Positions 43,107 to 51,957 of a stretch of 64,000 nt of DNA are shown here, in pieces. How positions within the stretch are numbered: the first letter of the stretch is position 1; the number at the start of each line of letters is the position of its first letter. Made by a program: the position numbers and the translations under genes. Source of the DNA: Bacteroidota bacterium (GTDB lineage: Bacteria > Bacteroidota > Bacteroidia > UKL13-3); assembly GCA_027491085.1 (NCBI GenBank), contig JAIXWW010000020.1:72586-136585 (forward strand), given 5' to 3'. The notes below the pieces were generated by a model. The model did not search any database and had not been told where the DNA came from. It was given only the letters and a program-made list of their open reading frames with translations.

Positions 43107-44513
43107 TTGCAAATGAATCCAACCCTAGAATTACCCATATTTACTGAGTTACAAAAATGTGCCGATAAACTTGGCCTAGAAGTTTATGTTATTGGTGGCT
43201 ATGTGCGCGATTTAGTGCTCAATCGCAACTCAAAAGATATTGATGTGGTAGTGGTTGGCGATGCATTACCTTTGGCTAAAGCTTTTGCTAACTTGCACAA
43301 GCAAAGCGATTTTGCAGTTTTTAAAAACTTTGGTACTGCCATGGTTAAAACAGCAGATTGGGAAGTAGAGTTTGTGGGTTCCCGCAAAGAAAGTTACAGA
43401 ACCGATAGCCGTAAACCAACCGTAAGTCCTGGAACTTTAGCAGACGACCAAAATAGGCGTGACTTTACTATAAACGCTTTAGCAATAAGTATTAATAAAA
43501 ATACTTTTGGTCAGTTTGTTGATCCTTTTGGTGGATTGGATGATATAAGCAATCAACTCATTAAAACACCACTTGCACCTGATATTACCTTTAGCGATGA
43601 CCCTTTACGCATGCTACGTGCCATTAGGTTTGCTTCGCAATTAGGTTTTACTATTTTACCAGAAACTTTTGAAGCTATTCAGAGCAATGCCGAACGTATC
43701 AAAATTATTTCATACGAGCGCATTAGTGAGGAATTGAACAAAATTTTGTTATCACCAAAACCATCCGTTGGGCTTAAATTATTGTTTGAAAGTGGTTTGT
43801 TAAAACTTGTTTTTAAAGAACTTCAAAACATGCATGGTGTAGAAGTTAAAAATGGCAAAGCCCATAAAGATAATTTTTACCACACCATTCATGTAGTAGA
43901 TAATATTTGCGAGGAAACCAATAACCTTTGGTTACGTTGGGCAGCCTTATTGCACGATATTGGCAAACCTGCCACCAAACGTTTTATTGAAGCTGAAGGT
44001 GGTTGGAAATTTCATGGGCATGAGGACAAAGGAAGCCGCATGGTTCCTAGTATTTTTAACAATTTAAAACTGCCTCAAAACGAAAAAATGCGCTATGTGC
44101 AAAAGCTAGTTGCTTTGCACCATAGGCCAAAAGCATTGGCCGAAGATGGGGTAACAGATTCAGCAATTCGTAGGTTAATCGTAGATGCAGGTGATGATTT
44201 AGAAGATTTATTTACCCTTTGTAGGGCGGATATGACCACGCGTTTTGCTGAAAAAATTGCTTTGTATAAAAGTAATTTAAACAAGGTGCAACAATTGGTA
44301 AAAGAGGTCGAAGAACGCGATGAATTGCGCAATTGGCAACCTCCTATTACTGGCGAAATGATAATGGAAACATTCCATTTACAACCGTGTAAGGAAGTGG
44401 GTTTAATAAAAAATCAAATAAGGGAAGCCATTTTAGACGGTAAAATAAAAAACGATTACACAGAAGCATTTACTTACATGAAAACCATCGCAGCTGAGTT
44501 GGGAATTAGTTGA
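43107..44513 (+). CDS. cca: CCA-adding tRNA nucleotidyltransferase with HD domain
   Basis: The likely start is ATG at 43113. It has the PolyA-pol head GGYVRDLVLNRNSKDIDVVV, RDFTINAL and HD residues (LLHDIGKP). Confidence 0.8.
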   Translation: MQMNPTLELPIFTELQKCADKLGLEVYVIGGYVRDLVLNRNSKDIDVVVVGDALPLAKAFANLHKQSDFAVFKNFGTAMVKTADWEVEFVGSRKESYRTDSRKPTVSPGTLADDQNRRDFTINALAISINKNTFGQFVDPFGGLDDISNQLIKTPLAPDITFSDDPLRMLRAIRFASQLGFTILPETFEAIQSNAERIKIISYERISEELNKILLSPKPSVGLKLLFESGLLKLVFKELQNMHGVEVKNGKAHKDNFYHTIHVVDNICEETNNLWLRWAALLHDIGKPATKRFIEAEGGWKFHGHEDKGSRMVPSIFNNLKLPQNEKMRYVQKLVALHHRPKALAEDGVTDSAIRRLIVDAGDDLEDLFTLCRADMTTRFAEKIALYKSNLNKVQQLVKEVEERDELRNWQPPITGEMIMETFHLQPCKEVGLIKNQIREAILDGKIKNDYTEAFTYMKTIAAELGIS

Positions 44514-44715
44514 TAGTTCATAGTTTACAGTCCATGGACCATGGCTGATAGACCTTAGTTCATGTTGGATAGTTTGTTGTATCTATTTTCTATAAAACAA
44601 TAATTTTTATAGTCTATCAACTATCAATAAACTATGTTCTATCGTCTGTTCACTATCAACCATCAACTAACTATGGTTTATCGTCCATCAACTGACGACT
44701 TACAACCAAAAACTA
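44514..44715. other. Convergent-gene spacer built from GTTGATAG / CTATCAAC word families
   Basis: The left half is GT-rich and the right half AC-rich on the plus strand. The two stop codons sit in mutually reverse-complementary 10-mers (44509-44518 GTTGATAGTT; 44711-44720 AACTATCAAC). Confidence 0.85.
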
Positions 44716-45417
44716 TCAACCATTCACCACTTCGTTATTTTCAACTGTAAAAAATGTTGTTCCTGTGGCTTGGCGTTGGGTAAAATAATCTCTGTAAATT
44801 GGGCTAAATGCTGTTCGGTGTTCCATCACTTCATTATAAGTTTCGGTTAAACCTATCAATAGTTCTGTAACTTCACGTACCGCAAATTCACCGCTTTCTT
44901 GTGCTGTAATGTAATCAGCCAAATGGTTTTGAGAAACATAGTTTTTAAAAAGTGGATTGGCTTTACGATTGACCAAAATTCGAATACCACAAACTTTCGC
45001 TATGCTAAGGTCCAATACATCATCAAACATATAACAAACCTCATGTTTTTCAATATTGTGTTGTTTGCAGAAATGATCTAAAGCAATCACCTTATCAATT
45101 ACTTTGTAATAAGAAGCATTGAAACGTTCTCTTGTACAAAAGTAGAATGCCATTTCGTTTTTTTCGCCAGAAATTATAGCGCAAGCAGGCATGGCGTTAT
45201 TATGTAAGAAATAATTAAATCTTAACATATTTATTCCCATACTATCGGCCTCATTAAAATTTGAACTTTTGTTTTCGTTTTTAACTGCATTGTTAAATAC
45301 GCCATCCCAATCAAAAATAAACGCTTTTATACCCTTTAGTTTTTCGCTAATTTTATCTGCATCTGTTAGAAATATACCACCTATTTCGCTAAATATTTTT
45401 TCAATATTATTATTCAT
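44716..45417 (-). CDS. HAD-superfamily hydrolase (KdsC-like subfamily, longer than typical KdsC)
   Basis: 233 aa with FIFDWDGVFNN, matching HAD motif I DxDG. Confidence 0.5.
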   Translation of the reverse strand: MNNNIEKIFSEIGGIFLTDADKISEKLKGIKAFIFDWDGVFNNAVKNENKSSNFNEADSMGINMLRFNYFLHNNAMPACAIISGEKNEMAFYFCTRERFNASYYKVIDKVIALDHFCKQHNIEKHEVCYMFDDVLDLSIAKVCGIRILVNRKANPLFKNYVSQNHLADYITAQESGEFAVREVTELLIGLTETYNEVMEHRTAFSPIYRDYFTQRQATGTTFFTVENNEVVNG

Positions 45418-45689
45418 TTTTATTGTTATTTAAAGTTGGCAATATAGTAAGATTATGATACATCAAATAGCGTCAAAACATATTTTAATTACGTGTTTAT
45501 TGTCGCATTTATTTTCAATTATTAACAGCTAAAAAACAGTGTGTCTAATTTGAAAAAAATACCTAATTGCTTTGTTAGTAAAGGTTTTAAGAGGTTTATT
45601 AATATTTTTTTGTTTTAAACCTAGCTTATCCACTTTTAGGCGGATGTAGTTCGTTTTTAAGAGCAATTCTGCATCTTATATTCGTTGTA

Positions 45690-46868
45690 ATGATACTTAT
45701 TAATAAATACGAACCTGCCATAAATATTGATGAAGCATTTGTACAATATCAGCATCAATATGAAGAGTTGAAAAAAATATTCAGCTTTATTGATTTGCCA
45801 GAAACTATTGTTGAAGCTGAGCAGTTAAACAGTGCTATTTTACGTAATTATTATGCCAATGCAATTGATCACAATTTGTTAGAGGTAAAAACGGTTAAAT
45901 ACATCATTAATAAAAATATTCGTCCAACAGGTGCTGCTGAAAGAGCTGTTTTTCAATACCACAAAGCTGAGCAATATTTATTCAATAGTGTTAATGAGCC
46001 GTTATCTTTATCAATGGTTTATCAGTTAGAAAATATTTTATTAACTGAACTATACAATCAAAATGCAGAATCCAATTTGTTTAACAATAAAATATTTAAG
46101 CAACCTGAAAGATTGCATCCTGAAACGGAATTAGAGTTGGATAACTTATTCGAATTTTTAAATGTTGATACCGAATTTCATCCAATTATTCAAAGTTGGA
46201 TGTTACATTTTAAAATATTGTCATTGCCAATGTTCTCTGAATCAAAAAACAAGTTTGCATCATTATTGCAAAATTTTTGGTTACGTAAACATAATATGGA
46301 TTTAAATGGTCTTTTAAGTATTGAACACGAGTTATACACCAAGAAAAACGAATACTTAACCTATTTTTTAGAGAATAAAAACGATAATGAACTAGGCCAA
46401 GAGCAACATTTAAATGAACAAATAACTTTTGGTTTAAGATTACATGCAAATCAATTAACCCGCATGTATCAATTGCTTCAATCTTATTTTCGTAAACAAG
46501 TTGATTACGATAAATTAAAGCCTCGTCAAAAAAACATCATGAACTTTGTTTTTGAACGTGGTTACAAATTGAAAGAAATAGATGATTCAATTTTAAATAA
46601 GCGTCAAAAATTGATCATGTTTATTATACAACACAGAGGTTTTGTGAGCACAAAAGAATTGGTAAGCGAATTTGAATGTAATCGTAAAACTATCCAACGT
46701 GATTTTACACATTTACTAGAATTGAATTTAGTAAAGGTTATTGGACAGGGAAGTGCTTTAAAATATTCATTAAATTTAGATAATCATAAGCAGGATTCAA
46801 TTACCCAATACCAGTCGAGCTATTTGAAGAATAGTGATGAAACAATGCAAATTGGATTCGATAATTAG
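45690..46868 (+). CDS. Fic-fold protein with a degenerate active-site motif fused to a C-terminal winged-HTH
   Basis: 392 aa. HPIIQSWMLHFKILSLPMFSESKNKFASLL aligns by eye with the canonical HPxxxAxxxHxxFExIHPFxDGNGRxxRLL, but His, Asp, Gly-Asn-Gly-Arg and the final Arg are all replaced. The C-terminal FVSTKELVSEFECNRKTIQRDFTHLLELNLV is DeoR/MarR-like. Confidence 0.6.
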   Translation: MILINKYEPAINIDEAFVQYQHQYEELKKIFSFIDLPETIVEAEQLNSAILRNYYANAIDHNLLEVKTVKYIINKNIRPTGAAERAVFQYHKAEQYLFNSVNEPLSLSMVYQLENILLTELYNQNAESNLFNNKIFKQPERLHPETELELDNLFEFLNVDTEFHPIIQSWMLHFKILSLPMFSESKNKFASLLQNFWLRKHNMDLNGLLSIEHELYTKKNEYLTYFLENKNDNELGQEQHLNEQITFGLRLHANQLTRMYQLLQSYFRKQVDYDKLKPRQKNIMNFVFERGYKLKEIDDSILNKRQKLIMFIIQHRGFVSTKELVSEFECNRKTIQRDFTHLLELNLVKVIGQGSALKYSLNLDNHKQDSITQYQSSYLKNSDETMQIGFDN

Positions 46869-46879
46869 AATAAAAAAAA

Positions 46880-46905
46880 GGAACTTTTAAAATTTTAAAA
46901 GTTCC
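46880..46905. terminator. Bidirectional rho-independent terminator
   Basis: GGAACTTTTAAAATTTTAAAAGTTCC flanked by A8 and T8. Confidence 0.8.
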
Positions 46906-46916
46906 TTTTTTTTATG

Positions 46917-47138
46917 TTACAACTCATCTTCGTTGTAAAAATAGTCATCATTGGTAGGGTAATCAGGCCAAATTTCTTCAATACCTTCAAACGGTTCTCC
47001 ATCATCTTCTATTTCTTGTAGGTTTTCTATAACCTCCAATGGTGCGCCACTTCTAATACCATAATCAATTAATTCATCTTTGGTTGCAGGCCATGGTGCA
47101 TCGTCTAAATAGGAAGCAAGTTCTAGTGTCCAATACAT
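46917..47138 (-). CDS. DUF2795-like small acidic protein
   Basis: 73 aa. LASYLDDAPWPATKDELIDYGIRSGAPLEVIENLQEI fits the DUF2795 pattern. Confidence 0.7.
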   Translation of the reverse strand: MYWTLELASYLDDAPWPATKDELIDYGIRSGAPLEVIENLQEIEDDGEPFEGIEEIWPDYPTNDDYFYNEDEL

Positions 47139-47293
47139 ATTATTATTTGTTTTTAAATTTTATGCGAAAATAAATTTTATTCGCACTTAAGCAACCACAA
47201 AATTTTTATATAAAAAAATATTATTTTTATTTTAAACCATATTGAAAAATTGCTATCAGACCTTCAAAATTAATTATAAAAAAATATAAAATC

Positions 47294-48097
47294 ATGAAAC
47301 GTAAATTATTATTAGCCGCTATGGCTATTGGAACTTCGGCATTAATTTTCACTTCTTGCAAAAAAAGCAACGAAACCGATTTTGATACTGAAAGTACTGT
47401 AGATCAGAGTAATTCAGAATCAAGTTTTGATCAAGTATTTAAACAAGTGGATGAAGCTGCTACCAACAGCTCACTTGGAAAAATGGGTCCTGCTATTACA
47501 ATCGACTCACTTTCAACTCCTAAAAAAATGACAATTGACTACGGAACTGGAACTATTTGTAACGATTTAAAAACCCGCAGTGGTAAAATAATTGTTACTT
47601 ACACTGGAAAATACCGCCAAGAAGGAACGGTAATCAATGTAACTTTTGACAATTTTGTTCAAAATGGCAAACAAATTAGTAATTCGAGCACCAAAACCAT
47701 TACCAATAATGGCAGAAATGCCGCAGGATTTTTAAATTGGACAATTTCTGTAAATGCTTCTATTATTTTAGAAAGTGGACAAACCATTTCGTGGAACTCA
47801 ACCAGAAATAGGACATGGATAGCAGGAGAAAGCACTCCTAAAGATTGGACCGATGATAAATACGAAATTACAGGAACAACTTCGGGAGTAAACCGCAAAG
47901 GTTTAAACTATACTTGTAATATTACATCGCCTTTATTAGTTGATTTAAGCTGCAATTTACGTAGAATTACAAAAGGTGTAGTAGAACTTACACCAGAAGG
48001 CAAAAAAACACGCACCATAGACTTTGGAAATGGTGAATGTGATAATGAAGCTACTTGCACTGTAAATGGAAAAGTATTTAAAATTGGTAAATTTTAA
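47294..48097 (+). CDS. Hypothetical lipoprotein
   Basis: 267 aa with lipobox FTSC. No recognisable domain. Confidence 0.5.
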   Translation: MKRKLLLAAMAIGTSALIFTSCKKSNETDFDTESTVDQSNSESSFDQVFKQVDEAATNSSLGKMGPAITIDSLSTPKKMTIDYGTGTICNDLKTRSGKIIVTYTGKYRQEGTVINVTFDNFVQNGKQISNSSTKTITNNGRNAAGFLNWTISVNASIILESGQTISWNSTRNRTWIAGESTPKDWTDDKYEITGTTSGVNRKGLNYTCNITSPLLVDLSCNLRRITKGVVELTPEGKKTRTIDFGNGECDNEATCTVNGKVFKIGKF

Positions 48098-48120
48098 TTA
48101 AACCATTTTTTATAAAGAAA

Positions 48121-48153
48121 AGCCGCTAAACTTAATTGATTAGCGGCTTTTTT
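48121..48153. terminator. Bidirectional rho-independent terminator
   Basis: Stem AGCCGCTAA / TTAGCGGCT followed by TTTTTT, with an A-run upstream. Confidence 0.8.
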
Positions 48154-48157
48154 AGTT

Positions 48158-48772
48158 TTACCTTAAACGAACTGGGAAATTGATATCAATATCGCTTTCG
48201 TCAGATTTTGAAGTGCTTTTTGGCACTCCATCATAATGACTCAAAACCATATTTAATGTTCCCAATAAAGGCAATGCATAACTTTGATTACTTTTGGTTG
48301 ATAAGTTAAAACTTAGCCCAACAGGAAGTTTTGGATTATTATCATCAAAATCTAAAATTTCAGTACTAAACTTTCCAATTAAACCCGCACTTGGCGTATA
48401 AAAAAACTGATGCTCATTTTTTTTCTCTTCAATTTCAAACGAAACGGTATCGAAAGGGTTTTTAGCTTTATCTAAAATAAGTACTTGACAACGGTATGCT
48501 ATTCCAGTATCCAAAACCAAAGTGTCAATAGTTGGTGCATTACCTCCATCGCCATCTAAATCTTCCCATTTGTAATTAAATTGGTACTTTAAATTAGTAG
48601 CATCATTTTGGTTATAACCATTAATAATAACAGTAGTTAATACCTCTTGAGGATTTGTAGCTACCGGATTTTTAGGATCATCTTTTTTGCATGATGAAAA
48701 TGCTAAGATTGTTGATATTGTTAAAATTGTTAAATGGTTGTTTTTTATTGTTGTATTATTAAATGGTTTCAT
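48158..48772 (-). CDS. Hypothetical lipoprotein co-transcribed with the TonB-dependent receptor
   Basis: 204 aa with lipobox FSSC. It is the last gene of the 51714-48158 minus-strand cluster. Confidence 0.5.
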   Translation of the reverse strand: MKPFNNTTIKNNHLTILTISTILAFSSCKKDDPKNPVATNPQEVLTTVIINGYNQNDATNLKYQFNYKWEDLDGDGGNAPTIDTLVLDTGIAYRCQVLILDKAKNPFDTVSFEIEEKKNEHQFFYTPSAGLIGKFSTEILDFDDNNPKLPVGLSFNLSTKSNQSYALPLLGTLNMVLSHYDGVPKSTSKSDESDIDINFPVRLR

Positions 48773-48855
48773 TTTTATTAATGTTAGATTGTTGAACTGT
48801 TAGATTGTTTGATTGATATATTGTGTTTTTTTCCAAAAGCTAGCTGCCAGAGGCA

Positions 48856-51183
48856 TTAAAAAGGAATACTCAGTTTTATAAAAATATTTCTTCCAGTATC
48901 TAAAGCATAATACCTGTATCTACTTAGGTAATCTCGGTAACTGGTATTGAATATATTTTGAACTCCAACGCTCCAATTTATTTTAGCTTTAGTAAATTGG
49001 CTCGCACCAAATACCAAATCAAAAAGTTGGTATGAGGCTGGAGTAGCTGCAAAATCAATACCTTCAGGTACTCTATTTTGCTTAAATACATATTGGTAAT
49101 TGATTTGTACAAAAGCACTTTTTAATTTTTTTAGTTTGGTTAATTGCCATTCAATTCCACTATTAACTCTATTAGCTGGCATAAAAATTAAAGGCGTGTT
49201 TTTACTTATATCGTTTGCATATAAAAAGGTATAAGCAGCATTTATACTTAAGTTTGTGTGTAATTTATAACTTAAATTGGTTTCAAAACCTTGTAAAAGT
49301 GCATTGGTTTGCACATAATTAAACACAGGAAAAATACCTCTAAAGCTGGTATTAAAAACATTGCTTGGCAGCCTATAAATGAAGTTATTTATTAAATTAT
49401 TATAAGCTGTAAAGTCAAACTCAAATTTAGCTCCAACATATTTTAAAGTTACTTCTGCATTATAACTTTGCTCTGGTTTTAAATTAGCATTTCCTTGCTC
49501 AAAAGTTGCTACAGCAGCATGCAATCCATTGGCATATAATTCATTTATACTTGGTGGGCGCCAAGCAGAACTTAAGTTGGCTGTTAACTTCCATTTGGTA
49601 TTAAATAAATAGCTTACACCAACTGAACCAGCTGTATTATTGTAGTTTAAAACATTACTCAAAACTTGGTTATTTTGATTGATATAACGGGTTAAATCCA
49701 TCAAATCATAACGCAAACCAGCTTCAGCTTGCCAATGTTTTTTATTCCATTTTTCAATTACATAAAAACCATAGTTATTGCTGATGAAATTAGGAATAAA
49801 AAATTGTTTTCCAGTTGCATAATTTCCTTGATTGGCGTAACAAAAACCAACTAAACCTTTGAAACCAAACACTTTTTTATGCTCCAGTTTTAAGTTAAAC
49901 TGATTGGTGGTTAAAGTTAAATTGTAAGTTGGTTGATCTTTTAAATTACTGTTAGCATTTAAAAAACTTAGCACATCAAACTCTTGTCGGTTATTAATTT
50001 GTTGGCTAAAATCTACACATAATTTATTGGCATTTTTAAATGAATAAATCCATTTAAAAGCTTGAATAAAATGCGTTATATCTTGCCTTGGGCGACCAAT
50101 TTCGTAAGTAAAATCATTAATTACACTTGGTTTACCTCTAGCAATGGTATTTTCTAAATCGGTTCTGTTATGCACATGTGCCGAGCGTAAAATTCCCAAG
50201 CTCGATTGAAAATAACTCGCCATGTATTCAAATGTATTTTGTTTTAATTGGTATTGCACAGCCGCATTTATCTCAAACTCTGTAAATGCTGTATTGCTCA
50301 ACACGTATTCAGGCGTTTGTGAATCGCCAGCTTTTCTATTACTGGTTTGTAAACGCCAACTTAGGTTTTGCTTTTTAAAATGATTGCCTTCTAAAAATAA
50401 ACTATTAGCTAATTGCCAATTATTGCTAAAACCATTTAAACTGTACATACCAGCAATTCCATTTTGAGTTTTAAAATCTTTAGCCGACATTTTAATAACA
50501 CCACCAATTGCCTCTGGCCCATATTGCAAGCCACTTGCACCTTTAATAACTTCTAATTTATTAATGGCAAATGGATCAATTTCTGGCCCGTGGTCAGCAC
50601 CCCAATTTTGTCCTTCTTGTTTCACGCCATTATTTAAAGTAACAATTCTATTGCTGTGCAAACCTCTAATTACAGGCTTTGAAACACTTGGTCCACTATT
50701 TAACAAAGTTACACCAGCAGTATTTTTAAGCATATCGCCCAAGGTTTGTCCACGTAAAATATCCAGTTTTTTACTATCAATTGTTACATGATTTTGTAGG
50801 TTATAATCGCTAAGTTTGTAACTCTTGTCAGTGTTAATTACAACATCATGCAAATGATTTTCTTCCGATGCTAGCTCAATTTTTAAACTGGTTTTTAAAG
50901 GTAAAACCAAACTTAACACAATGGGGTGATAACCCAAATAGCTTACCTCTATTTTATAGTTAGTTAAAGCCAAACTATTAAACTGAAAATAACCACTTCC
51001 ATTGGTATAGGCTATGTGTTTTTTAGACAATAAAACTACTTTAGCATTAACCAAAGGTTTTTGGGAAACACTATCCATAATAACCCCATTAATATTGTAA
51101 TTATTTTGTTGCTGCGCAATACTATTACCTGTAGAAACAAGCATAAACAAGCATAAGGCAACAAATGCTTTTAAATTTATCAA
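48856..51183 (-). CDS. TonB-dependent receptor with an N-terminal carboxypeptidase-regulatory-like domain
   Basis: 775 aa with plug motifs (VIRGLHSNRIVTLNNGVKQEGQNWGADHGPEID), a long beta-barrel and the C-terminal ...LSIPF. Confidence 0.9.
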   Translation of the reverse strand: MINLKAFVALCLFMLVSTGNSIAQQQNNYNINGVIMDSVSQKPLVNAKVVLLSKKHIAYTNGSGYFQFNSLALTNYKIEVSYLGYHPIVLSLVLPLKTSLKIELASEENHLHDVVINTDKSYKLSDYNLQNHVTIDSKKLDILRGQTLGDMLKNTAGVTLLNSGPSVSKPVIRGLHSNRIVTLNNGVKQEGQNWGADHGPEIDPFAINKLEVIKGASGLQYGPEAIGGVIKMSAKDFKTQNGIAGMYSLNGFSNNWQLANSLFLEGNHFKKQNLSWRLQTSNRKAGDSQTPEYVLSNTAFTEFEINAAVQYQLKQNTFEYMASYFQSSLGILRSAHVHNRTDLENTIARGKPSVINDFTYEIGRPRQDITHFIQAFKWIYSFKNANKLCVDFSQQINNRQEFDVLSFLNANSNLKDQPTYNLTLTTNQFNLKLEHKKVFGFKGLVGFCYANQGNYATGKQFFIPNFISNNYGFYVIEKWNKKHWQAEAGLRYDLMDLTRYINQNNQVLSNVLNYNNTAGSVGVSYLFNTKWKLTANLSSAWRPPSINELYANGLHAAVATFEQGNANLKPEQSYNAEVTLKYVGAKFEFDFTAYNNLINNFIYRLPSNVFNTSFRGIFPVFNYVQTNALLQGFETNLSYKLHTNLSINAAYTFLYANDISKNTPLIFMPANRVNSGIEWQLTKLKKLKSAFVQINYQYVFKQNRVPEGIDFAATPASYQLFDLVFGASQFTKAKINWSVGVQNIFNTSYRDYLSRYRYYALDTGRNIFIKLSIPF

Positions 51184-51261
51184 AATAAAAAAAGTAAAAA
51201 ATTAAAGATAAGATGCCATTAGCATCCGAATATTTTGAACTATTTAGGAATAAATAGTTCG

Positions 51262-51714
51262 CTAAATTAAAAGGCTTGCAGGCGGGCCTTTGTTATTTAA
51301 AAGTACGGTAATTTGATTTTGAACATTGGTAATTTTTTGTTCAAAATAATGGGTTTTGAATACATCAATGAAGTAAAAACAGCTACTTGATAAAGCAATA
51401 TTTTTGATGAAATGATATTGACTTACAAAGCATTTTTCGGCACTTTCCGTCACATGTTGTTTGTGTTCGCAATGTTTAATTAATAAGTCTTGGCAATAGT
51501 TTTGGTCTAAATTACAATGATGGTGATGCTTTTCTGAATCATTATTTATCGCCACAAAATGTTCCTCTTCCAAATGCTTATGAAAAGCATGGAAAGGAAT
51601 AAGCGTATCTATAAAAATAGCTGCTAATAACAAAGAGCAATATTTAATAACCGATTTCAAAAAAAGTCCTGCGAAAGTATAGATTATTATTACAAAAATA
51701 TTTCCGTTTAACAA
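51262..51714 (-). CDS. Small His/Cys-rich membrane-anchored hypothetical protein
   Basis: 150 aa with N-terminal hydrophobic helices. The rest is His/Cys-rich: HAFHKHLEEEHF, EKHHHHCNLDQNYC and IKHCEHKQH. Confidence 0.4.
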   Translation of the reverse strand: MLNGNIFVIIIYTFAGLFLKSVIKYCSLLLAAIFIDTLIPFHAFHKHLEEEHFVAINNDSEKHHHHCNLDQNYCQDLLIKHCEHKQHVTESAEKCFVSQYHFIKNIALSSSCFYFIDVFKTHYFEQKITNVQNQITVLLNNKGPPASLLI

Positions 51715-51957
51715 AAAAGTTCATCAAACTTAAATAGTAGTTTTGCGAGCGTTTAATATTATTACACTTCACTAAAATCGTTCAGCACAAATCCTTTAAA
51801 TCTATAACATCAATCATTGGTAAAGCAATTCCGCTAACTTTTTTAAAATTCAACCTTCAAAATCATTTAGCTGAATTGTAATTTTTTTGTTTAAGTATAA
51901 ATTAAGTATGTTTAGCTAAGTAAAATTTGTAAATTGCTCAGCATTAATGGTTAAACT

